Shown here: positions 38,501 through 46,056 of the stretch, piece by piece
How the letters are laid out: each line of letters opens with the position of its first letter
Position numbering within the stretch: position 1 is the stretch's first letter
NCBI GenBank assembly: GCA_030747675.1
Contig: JASLKH010000056.1
Location: forward strand, 1-48,521
DNA: 48,521 bases
Reading direction: 5' to 3'
DNA from: Candidatus Thalassarchaeaceae archaeon
GTDB taxonomy: Archaea; Thermoplasmatota; Poseidoniia; Poseidoniales; Thalassarchaeaceae
Notes under the pieces: generated by a model
The model's input: only the letters and a program-made list of their open reading frames with translations
Database searches by the model: none
What the model was told of the DNA's origin: nothing
Position numbers and translations under genes: made by a program

Positions 38501-40330
38501 AATGTAATTGCTGGAACTACAGTAGTGAATTTTACGACAGTCCCCATTTTCGATATTGAAGCTGAGAACTTCCCCGATTTAATTGAGATGTTACCAGGTG
38601 AGCAACGAACGTTCGAGGTCGAGATTTCAAACGCAGGAAACCAAAATGTGTCCTTAGACATTGATTGCACAGCAGGACCCCCCTTCGATCGCTGGTTAGT
38701 TTCAAATTGTGATCAAAGCAATTATTCTCTCGACATTGGCGAAACACGAAGGATCAACTTTACAGTTGAAAATTCTGCATTGGTGCCCTACAATGGCGAT
38801 GAGGCCGATTTAACTTTGACATTTTCACCACAAGACAACCAATCAGGAGATAGAACAATATCTTCAGAATTAGAAGTCAAAAGAATGTGGACGGAAGAAG
38901 AGTACATGGTCACAGGAGACGGAGATTCTGGAGGGTATCCAATAGATGTCAATTGGATGCATGTCCAATCCATCGGACAAACAGCCGACGTACGTCCGAT
39001 TGATTACGAATTAAAACTCATTAATTCAACCCGTTTGATTAACACCTCATTGTATAATGGAAACCTCAATTGGGGCTTTGAATTGATTACCAGTAATGGC
39101 GCCCAAACATTCAATCCAAATTCTATTCCAACAAATTTCTCCCTAGGTGCGGCCCAGCCATTACAATTGAACAATTTACAATTTAGGCTAGACCTCCCAC
39201 CATCGGCAATTACCCCACCTGGAGATGGCTGGGTTTTGGAATTTGAACTCATCCACGCAGAAGAAGGAAATGCCACCTCAACCACAGTATTTCTTAACGT
39301 GACAGTTGATAATTGGGCAGACCCATCTATTGTATCAATTTTAATCAATGATGAATCCTTTTTCGAAGAATCTAATTCGGGGACAATAATTGCCACGATT
39401 GAAAATAATGGCAACGCTCCAACAGTCTCCAATCTGACTGCAGAACTAACTTGCGATCCAGGGATTACAATTCTCAGCCCCCCAGTTAAATCAAACATCA
39501 ATCTAACAGCCCATCAAAGCAACTATCCATTGGAATGGAGCATCAAATCAGATGCATTAAATTGGTGGCAATCGAGTCAAAATGTGGATTGCAAAGTAAC
39601 ACTTTCTTCGAATGGGGAAATGATAGGGGATCTTGAATCAAACAATGTACTCGAATCACCAATCGAATTGAATTCATGGTCCCTTCCTCTATACATATTG
39701 GTTCCATTAATTAGCGCCCTCTTCATACTGTCTAGCCGCCTCTTAAGAAAGGCAAAAGAGGACGAAAGATCATTGATGTTGAGTGCATACTCGGGTTCAA
39801 TATTACTTGGGTGCGCAACCCAATTCGGACTGGGTTCCGGACCAAACCTTGCCCTTGCAGCAACATCGCTAATTTGGACCGCTTTGATAACTTTGCATTC
39901 AGCAGGATTTGAATTCCCTGCCGTCTTATCCGATCGGCAAAACCATCTTCGAGGAAGCGAATCAATTATTGAAGATCACGATGCTGAAATTGATCGAATC
40001 ATCAATCAACTCAGAGTAAAAATATCATTCGCCCCAATTGGTTTCATCCTCATTGCACTCTTGATGCCTTCTGACATCGCATGGACACTTGAGAATATAG
40101 GATCCAGCGCCCTATATTTGTTCATGAGTGCCTTGATTGTTGAATTGACAATTCGTAGAACATTAGCAACATGGCTTTCTATCTTCGATCAATTAACAGT
40201 AGTAGAAATTGAGTCCCAAGATCTTCTCCAGCTACTAGGAACACCATCTACAGATTTACGTAGAATTACAATAGGACAACGATGGGGACAATCCCATGAT
40301 GTCAATGTGGAGGTGGAAGGCAATGTCTGA
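35546..40330 (+). CDS. Giant surface protein with CARDB/NEW3-like Ig repeats and a polytopic C-terminal anchor
   Basis: 1594 aa. N-terminal hydrophobic signal, repeated (V/I)xNxGN...L.PGE beta-sandwich motifs (VRNAGN, VQNIGE, LNNTGT, INNTGN, VTNSGN, ITNNGN, ISNAGN, IENNGN), then about five TM segments. Confidence 0.85.
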   Translation: MTGNTEKTSKVAPTLLILIMLIQILSPFQIPNNLQSEQEISDSTLGRTAYPDINITAIIWIGPSYYCILCVIDVLAPVEQEVMIKFRNDGLLKADSTHFRFDVNSVEIANHTFFNVMPGEEQNYIFTWTPTLGNGQTFQAYAAITPVGADPDMSNNQKIKGFNSYFDQNDGDIYSDTLPPGGTRLPGEPSSVSVGVRNAGNTESEVTTLISLTPSGGGPPTEFFSQPINLSAGSVAEPAQVTLSSVMIDGTNLSGSYMMAGNVYFNSTLAPQAVVSIVPRIVTFSPYRATIVSPSDRAVEPGNSATLTFIVQNIGESADRFNISVHSVQGWFDSSSPSAPASQTPIISPGSSAVILVPVSVPLNTNRSESDLITVEIESEGAVPSYNVSGSSAVMAGDILQGTLNTSAWNVQIIPGQTESIQYTLNNTGTSPSFFELDTGFAQVAPGWSATIEPETTPYMTVGASIVVTVTVSPPALSLPFDPTTKLAEGNSLTLWTTVQPTLQDQTAGAPNVQETILEVQPAVMIEFITDETDLIVDISELNSGAIGKHIYFDMELRHNLMSNLSSLVDIELRTAPSAFDPSRSGVGSQEILRWNSSVTPNNATMNPGDTQALLASALGPFESPLAGIISIDVIANLTLSGALSGIQAPETTLTWSISIPELTEVEIGIPEPTIVVPGISGTASVNINNTGNHKTNLSYTVEGPAGWTVSTSPTEVTGLGSTFDTYPSIGTDNTTVSVTAIAPALWRADDVPDITLTVLDENGENVTQENIPFLVQELIEAVLLPDEAAAYLPVNETEIILLKVTNSGNSHQEFSMMVEDTLADINLRVLSNSTMSLDPGEDAFVDIEVESGQFARADENHSSVATLYHNGVGIAQTSIFVEVLPNHDIVFEHHPDYSVTPGKEAPIAFNITNNGNLDENINFSAILPEGWSAEISPENMTISAGTQEVKTVNVVVNVPPMSSGSGPEADSTHEMLFTATNATDNVIAGTTVVNFTTVPIFDIEAENFPDLIEMLPGEQRTFEVEISNAGNQNVSLDIDCTAGPPFDRWLVSNCDQSNYSLDIGETRRINFTVENSALVPYNGDEADLTLTFSPQDNQSGDRTISSELEVKRMWTEEEYMVTGDGDSGGYPIDVNWMHVQSIGQTADVRPIDYELKLINSTRLINTSLYNGNLNWGFELITSNGAQTFNPNSIPTNFSLGAAQPLQLNNLQFRLDLPPSAITPPGDGWVLEFELIHAEEGNATSTTVFLNVTVDNWADPSIVSILINDESFFEESNSGTIIATIENNGNAPTVSNLTAELTCDPGITILSPPVKSNINLTAHQSNYPLEWSIKSDALNWWQSSQNVDCKVTLSSNGEMIGDLESNNVLESPIELNSWSLPLYILVPLISALFILSSRLLRKAKEDERSLMLSAYSGSILLGCATQFGLGSGPNLALAATSLIWTALITLHSAGFEFPAVLSDRQNHLRGSESIIEDHDAEIDRIINQLRVKISFAPIGFILIALLMPSDIAWTLENIGSSALYLFMSALIVELTIRRTLATWLSIFDQLTVVEIESQDLLQLLGTPSTDLRRITIGQRWGQSHDVNVEVEGNV

Positions 40331-41186
40331 ACAGGTTTTACCTCCAACTCAAGAGAGTTACAGAGCCCAAGTTACGAGATTAAATTTAATTCTTGACGAG
40401 CACATTAGAATGGTCCAAGAATCAATTGTAGACAAAGATGCTAGGGATGCTAGGAAGAGTATTCAGCAAGCGCGTTTAGACATTGATAACCTACGTTTGC
40501 AAGTCGGTAGAATGCATCGGGCGATTGGAATGTTGCACACACTTATGCGAGACCGCTCAACAACTGAAACTGAATTGGTTGACATATTGTTGACAATGAA
40601 AACAGCTGAAACCCTAATCATGCGAGGTGCCTTTGATGAATCTGCATTACAACTCGAACGACTAGCAGAACATCTATTGGCAAACAGTGCTGCTTTGAAT
40701 CCCTTTATTTTCTATGAATTTTGGATGGGAGTTGAAGCAAGGTGGAGTTCAGATTCAGAAAGTGGAAATTTATTGGTGAGGATAGAAAACACAAGCGAAA
40801 ACATCATTCCTGGATTCAATATTAAAGCCCCAGTTCCTCCAAATTGGAGAGCATCCCCAGACTCTCAATTTACAGGCACATTGAATCCTGGAGACATTTC
40901 GGATTTGGCATTTGAAATAACCCCGTCTGCAATGGCAGCAATTAGAGAAGTAGGCGCCCCAGGGAGCCTCCAAAAAAGTCTAACAATACAAACAGGATAT
41001 ACACTTTCAAACCATGGACTAACCATGGATTGTAGAGTAAAAAATACATCACAAGAGACCCTATATGACACATTATTAATGCCTTGGATTCCACCTGGTT
41101 GGAAAACACCTTCATGGCCATTTATCCGTAATTTAGATCCGAGTTCCACCGAATTGGTATCAATTTCATTGGAGTTGATCAATTGA
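40323..41186 (+). CDS. Hypothetical protein: helical N-terminal half plus two Ig-like (NEW3-like) modules, no signal peptide
   Basis: ATG at 40323 overlaps the upstream stop and follows a GGAGGTGGA RBS. Modules VRIENTS...VPPNW...LNPGD and RVKNTS...IPPGW...LDPSS. Confidence 0.7.
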   Translation: MSEQVLPPTQESYRAQVTRLNLILDEHIRMVQESIVDKDARDARKSIQQARLDIDNLRLQVGRMHRAIGMLHTLMRDRSTTETELVDILLTMKTAETLIMRGAFDESALQLERLAEHLLANSAALNPFIFYEFWMGVEARWSSDSESGNLLVRIENTSENIIPGFNIKAPVPPNWRASPDSQFTGTLNPGDISDLAFEITPSAMAAIREVGAPGSLQKSLTIQTGYTLSNHGLTMDCRVKNTSQETLYDTLLMPWIPPGWKTPSWPFIRNLDPSSTELVSISLELIN

Positions 41187-41271
41187 TAATTTGGTTGGGG
41201 CAGGATAGGGCTTGTGGGACTACAATAATATACCTCATGGGACCTAATTGAAAACACAAGGAGTTGAGTAA

Positions 41272-41850
41272 ATGAGACAAAAAGAACAAGCCCTGAAAGA
41301 GAATGGAATGGCCGCGATCGGAATCGGTGCAATGATCATATTCATTGCCCTGATTTTAGTAGCCGCAGTAGCATCGACAATTATCATCAAAACAGCTGAA
41401 GAACTTCAACAGAGAGCTGAAGCAACCGGCGACGATACACGTGACGAAATTAGTGGTAAAATCCAACTGGTTGGCGCATATGTTAGTGATGATAACGCTG
41501 CAGGAAACGCTGCAGATGAAATCACACTAATCGTGCAACTCAGTGCCGGTTCAGATACAACACTTCTTTCTAATATGGATTGGTTCATCGTTTGTGATGG
41601 TGGTGCAGGTACTTCAGATGTCAACACCGATGACTTTGACGGCGTTGCAACTGATCTTGACGGTACACTACTCACGGTCGGTTCGTCAGTCAATGCCGGT
41701 GAAACATTCCTAGTTCCAATTGACACCTCAACAAACTGTCAACCCGGTGTTGGTGACGAACAAGAACTTCGTGTAATCATCGATGGTGGTGGCGAAACTT
41801 ACGCCCAACTACATTACAATAGCGTAGACAACGGCGACACAATCGTCTGA
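41272..41850 (+). CDS. arlB: Archaellin
   Basis: AIGIGAMIIFIALILVAAVASTIIIKTAEELQQRAEATG type IV pilin-like N-terminus. AAGGAG RBS and TATA-like AATAATATA at ~41224 upstream. Confidence 0.92.
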   Translation: MRQKEQALKENGMAAIGIGAMIIFIALILVAAVASTIIIKTAEELQQRAEATGDDTRDEISGKIQLVGAYVSDDNAAGNAADEITLIVQLSAGSDTTLLSNMDWFIVCDGGAGTSDVNTDDFDGVATDLDGTLLTVGSSVNAGETFLVPIDTSTNCQPGVGDEQELRVIIDGGGETYAQLHYNSVDNGDTIV

Positions 41851-41865
41851 GCACATCATTCTCCT

Positions 41866-41885
41866 CCCCCTGTTTATTCAGGGGG
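41866..41885 (+). terminator. Hairpin immediately downstream of arlB (terminator or processing/stabilising element)
   Basis: CCCCCTG-TTTATT-CAGGGGG, a 7-bp stem starting 15 nt after the arlB stop. Confidence 0.45.
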
Positions 41886-41909
41886 TGTGAGATATGTAGA
41901 GTGGATAGT

Positions 41910-42722
41910 ATGGGTATATTCAGCAAACTTTTCGGCGGGAAATCCGAAACAGAACTCGTTGAGTCTGAATCATCTCGTCGATTAGAGGCATTGTCAGGAC
42001 ATTACATAGATTCAACTTTAATTCCCGATGAAGCAGTCCCCATCGAAGAGGACGCTTGGACATTAGCACCATCTCCTACTCGTGCAAGAGTGGGTACAAC
42101 TGGCGCAGAACCAATGATTAAAGAGGAACCAGCACCCCAAGGGGTTGCTGCAATTGACACAAAAGAGATTGAACAAAAAATGGACAACCGCTTCGATAGA
42201 ATAGAAGCGACCATGGCAATGATGGATGCCAGATTAACCCAGATTCGTGAAACTACAGAAACATCCCACATATTGCCTACAGACACATTAGTTACTGCAG
42301 AAGAAGACTCAGAAGAAGACTCAGAAGGGCAACAATCTGACTCAGACGAGGGAGAATCGACATCCATCAGTCAAACAGTGAGTCTATTGGATTTGTATGA
42401 AGACCGAGTGGCAGACCTCAATCCCTTTCTTGAACGAAGACCAGGTGATCAAGATGCAGGACTATCGGTAACTACGAGCGAAATTGCCGCGTTATTATTG
42501 GATAATTTGTCTGGACCAGCCACCACTACATTTCTTGTCAAAGCGAAGGAAAGTGGAACAATTAGTGCCGCTGAAACCAAAGAATTGGGAGGCCTCATCC
42601 AACTCGCCGATCCCGCCGTTAACAACAACGGTGGTGAGCATTTACCACATAGAGAATTACTAATGTTCAATGCAATGATTGAAGCTTGGCGCGTTGCTAA
42701 AACCAATGATGAGGGGGCCTGA
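41910..42722 (+). CDS. Probable divergent ArlC/D/E-like archaellum accessory protein
   Basis: Position between arlB and arlF. MGIFSKLFGGK start, short coiled coil, acidic linker and a helical C-terminal domain loosely like FlaD/E. Confidence 0.5.
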   Translation: MGIFSKLFGGKSETELVESESSRRLEALSGHYIDSTLIPDEAVPIEEDAWTLAPSPTRARVGTTGAEPMIKEEPAPQGVAAIDTKEIEQKMDNRFDRIEATMAMMDARLTQIRETTETSHILPTDTLVTAEEDSEEDSEGQQSDSDEGESTSISQTVSLLDLYEDRVADLNPFLERRPGDQDAGLSVTTSEIAALLLDNLSGPATTTFLVKAKESGTISAAETKELGGLIQLADPAVNNNGGEHLPHRELLMFNAMIEAWRVAKTNDEGA

Positions 42723-42725
42723 AAT

Positions 42726-43127
42726 GTGGGTGGCTCCGTTAGTATCGCAGCATTGATTGTTGGAACCACTCTGCTAGGGATTTTTGCCCTAGCGTCACTA
42801 TCACTTTCAGAAAGTACAAAACAGGCAGCGGAAGCAGGAAGCGAGTCAATCCATGAACCTGAAATTAGATTGATTAATGCTTCAGAGAGTAGTGGTATTG
42901 TGAATGTAAATATCACAAACACAGGGTCTGAAACAATTTCTTTCGATCACCTTTGGCTCAGCATTGATGGGGATGCCCCCATTCGTACAAGCAGCCATTA
43001 CAACCTCACTCTGTCTTTATTCCCTGGTGAAACTCAACATCTTACACTGACTGGAACAGGAGCCAACTCCCCTTCTAGAATTTCAGCAGCTTGTTTCGGG
43101 GCCCATTCAGCGGTTGCATTCACATGA
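42726..43127 (+). CDS. arlF: Archaellum stator protein ArlF
   Basis: MGGSVSIAALIVG N-terminal TM like FlaF (MGFSVS...), plus an ITNTGSETI beta-sandwich and L(F)PGE. Synteny agrees. Confidence 0.75.
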   Translation: MGGSVSIAALIVGTTLLGIFALASLSLSESTKQAAEAGSESIHEPEIRLINASESSGIVNVNITNTGSETISFDHLWLSIDGDAPIRTSSHYNLTLSLFPGETQHLTLTGTGANSPSRISAACFGAHSAVAFT

Positions 43128-43133
43128 GGTGTT

Positions 43134-43622
43134 ATGATGGCTGATGGTGGTGCCAGTGAATTGGTGATGTTGGTAACGGGTTTACTGACGGCAGGAATTG
43201 TTGCGAGTTTACTAGTAGCATCATGGGGTAGTTTAGCAGAGATTGTTGGCGATACTCAAACCCAAATCCAAGTCGACTCCAAGACCCGGGCATCATTAGC
43301 CAGTGACCCAATGCAGATTGCATGGGATCAGGCGACATGCAATCTCACAATCCATATCCAAAATTCAGGGGAACTCCGCTTGAAGATGGATAATATTGGT
43401 GCAATCGTCAATGGGACACCAACATCTGTTTCAGGTTCCCAATTAATTGGTTCTGCAATTGCATGGACAAGTGGTGAAGTAGCAGAATTCTATCTATGCC
43501 CTACAGGTTTGAATTTGGCAACAGGACAGGAGACACCCTTGATTATCATTGTTCAAAGTGAGGAATATAGTGGAGATATTTCCGGCAAGCATTCCTTTTC
43601 AGAGGTGATTAGAATTGCCTGA
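43134..43622 (+). CDS. arlG: Archaellum stator protein ArlG
   Basis: MADGGASELVMLVTGLLTAGIVAS N-terminal TM, IQNSG, WTSGEV. Synteny agrees. Confidence 0.78.
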   Translation: MMADGGASELVMLVTGLLTAGIVASLLVASWGSLAEIVGDTQTQIQVDSKTRASLASDPMQIAWDQATCNLTIHIQNSGELRLKMDNIGAIVNGTPTSVSGSQLIGSAIAWTSGEVAEFYLCPTGLNLATGQETPLIIIVQSEEYSGDISGKHSFSEVIRIA

Positions 43623-44310
43623 AGATATTGGTTTTGATTTTGAGTTAGAAACGGATAGCCTTTCGGATAGTTTGGGAAGATATCTCCCAAGAAGATCATT
43701 GTATGTGGTATCAGGAGCAATTGGTGCCGGTAAGAGTTTAATTTCTCAGCGATTAGCTTACGGTTTAGTTGCACATGGTGCGAAGTTGGCTTTAGTTACA
43801 ACCGAACTAACAACCAGAGGATGGCTTGAACAAGTAGCCAGCCTTGGATACCCACTAAGCGACGCAGCTGAATCCGGACAATTCACATTATTATCCCGAT
43901 TTGGAGTTATTTCCGACGAAGTTGAAGAGCAAGTGGGAATCGAAGAAATACTCGAGTCAAAACCCCTTCAATCTGCGGATATTTCAATCATAGATTGCGC
44001 CTCAACAATCTTACAAAACTCAGAAGTATCAGCAGATGAATTACTGAGTAAGTTACGAAACTTTTGTTCGAAGAACCGGTCATTGATGTTACTCATAGAC
44101 CCCGATGAAATGGCCCCTGAAGTCACGCGTGCTTTGACATCATCAGCCGAAGTAGTCATTGAAATGAGAACTTCTGAAATCGGAGGGGGGTTGAATCGCA
44201 CAGTCGCAGTCACCCGATTCCTTCGTGCTGCAGGCCCAGTCCAACCTCGCATCGGCTGGAGAGTAGAACCAGGGATGGGCTTCATCGTAGACATCACTGC
44301 GGTCAGTTAG
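43615..44310 (+). CDS. arlH: Archaellum KaiC/RecA-like ATP-binding protein ArlH
   Basis: Walker A GAIGAGKS, SQRLAYG, VTTEL, Walker B IIDC, WRVEPGMGFIVDI. Confidence 0.92.
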   Translation: MPEDIGFDFELETDSLSDSLGRYLPRRSLYVVSGAIGAGKSLISQRLAYGLVAHGAKLALVTTELTTRGWLEQVASLGYPLSDAAESGQFTLLSRFGVISDEVEEQVGIEEILESKPLQSADISIIDCASTILQNSEVSADELLSKLRNFCSKNRSLMLLIDPDEMAPEVTRALTSSAEVVIEMRTSEIGGGLNRTVAVTRFLRAAGPVQPRIGWRVEPGMGFIVDITAVS

Positions 44311-44320
44311 GGTGAGATAA

Positions 44321-46048
44321 ATGGAAGTCGAGGAAGAGGGCGAAGACGGCATATTTGCCAGAGGCGATCTTGACGGAGTTATGAATCGGTATGATCACGT
44401 ACGAACATGGGTTGAGGATTTTGAAGGGAAGCATGGGGCACGCCCATTCTATTATGGAGATCTAGATAGGGATGCAAGAAAGGATCCAATCAATTTAATC
44501 TATCATCTAAGGGGCCCATTATTCGCTCATGTTTACCGGCCACCCGATGACCAAGAGGGTGCAGGAAGCACCCTTTGGTTTGCGATCGAACCACATTTGA
44601 CCGAAGAAGAGGAAAATATGAAGCAAGAAATTGTTGAAAGGTTACTGAGAGAGGCCCCTAGTGCCCCATCATTCTCCTCAGATGCCGAATTTGAATCGAT
44701 GCTTGAAGGCATGATTGCCAAACATACCATAGTTTCAAGCGAATCAGCATCACTCACGGATGCTACAACATCAGTTCGCAGATTTTTGGGTTTTGGTGAA
44801 CCAAAAATTTCTGTAAATGAAAAGCAGTTAGAGCGTCTGACTTACACAATTATCCGCGATCTTGTTCGATCAGGTCCTTTAGAGTCCCTTCTCTCAGATG
44901 AAATGCTTGAAGATATTCACGCAATCGGTTTGAGATATATCAGCATGGATCACAAAGTGTTTGGAATGGTAACATCAAATATACGATTTCGAGATAGAGA
45001 AATGCTTGAAAGATATCTCCGAGCAATGTCGGAACGAATTGGACGACCTGTGTCCGACAGTAAACCAATTATCGATGGGGCACTTTTGGATGGTAGCAGA
45101 ATCAATATTGTTTATTCCGATGACGTATCGATGTTGGGATCCTCTTTTACCATTCGTAAATTCGCAGAAGAGACAATTTCAATCACTCAATTGATTCAAT
45201 GGGGAACAATGTCTGCAGAAGTTGCTGCATATGTGTGGCTGTGCTTGGAGAACGGAATGTCCTTACTGGTGTCTGGAGAGACAGCATCTGGTAAAACAAC
45301 CACTTTGAATGCCATTCTCCCTTTCATTGACCACAATGTCAAAATTTACTCGGCTGAAGACACACCTGAAGTTAAAGTTCGACATAGATTATGGCAACGT
45401 TTAGTGACGAGAGATTCAAAAAACGAGGACTCCCGAGTAGAAATGTTCGATCTCCTGAAAGCAGCTTTGAGAAGTCGACCCAGATACATCATTATTGGTG
45501 AGATTCGAGGAGCAGAAGGCGCCACAGCATTCCAAGCGATGCAAACAGGTCACCCAGTGATAGCTACTTTCCACGCATCATCAATTGTGAAAATGATTCA
45601 ACGTTTCACTGGCGACCCCATCAATGTACCAATGAGATTCTTTGACAATCTAAACTTTGCAATTTTCCAAGAAGTGGTTGAAGCACCAGGTGGAGGAATT
45701 GCTCGTAGAATTACTGGAATTGATGAGGTGATTGGTTACAACAAGCATGCAGACGGTGTCCTAACCAGAGGCATGTTTGACTGGGACCCAGTTAGAGATA
45801 AGCACTATTTCCGTGGGATGTTCCAATCACATTTGATGGAAAATAAGATGGCTGCTTTGATGGGATTCGAGAATAAGCGTGATATTTACGAAGAGATGGC
45901 AAGAAGAAAAGAAGCCCTCCAAAGAATGGTTGATCGCAACCTTACTCACTATGATGATGTGTTCGATTTGCTTGATGTTTATTACCAGCAGGATTGGGAA
46001 GCCTTCTCCAAGGCAATCGATATTTGGACACCAATTGGAAGCGAATGA
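44321..46048 (+). CDS. arlI: Archaellum motor ATPase ArlI
   Basis: SGETASGKTTTLN, AEDTPE, AALRSRPRYIIIGEIRGAEG, QAMQTGH. Confidence 0.95.
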   Translation: MEVEEEGEDGIFARGDLDGVMNRYDHVRTWVEDFEGKHGARPFYYGDLDRDARKDPINLIYHLRGPLFAHVYRPPDDQEGAGSTLWFAIEPHLTEEEENMKQEIVERLLREAPSAPSFSSDAEFESMLEGMIAKHTIVSSESASLTDATTSVRRFLGFGEPKISVNEKQLERLTYTIIRDLVRSGPLESLLSDEMLEDIHAIGLRYISMDHKVFGMVTSNIRFRDREMLERYLRAMSERIGRPVSDSKPIIDGALLDGSRINIVYSDDVSMLGSSFTIRKFAEETISITQLIQWGTMSAEVAAYVWLCLENGMSLLVSGETASGKTTTLNAILPFIDHNVKIYSAEDTPEVKVRHRLWQRLVTRDSKNEDSRVEMFDLLKAALRSRPRYIIIGEIRGAEGATAFQAMQTGHPVIATFHASSIVKMIQRFTGDPINVPMRFFDNLNFAIFQEVVEAPGGGIARRITGIDEVIGYNKHADGVLTRGMFDWDPVRDKHYFRGMFQSHLMENKMAALMGFENKRDIYEEMARRKEALQRMVDRNLTHYDDVFDLLDVYYQQDWEAFSKAIDIWTPIGSE

Positions 46049-46056
46049 GGGATTAT

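Noticed and set aside
42299-42325. 12-bp duplication GAAGACTCAGAA (EEDS x2)
   Set aside because: A minor slippage in an acidic linker with no further signal.
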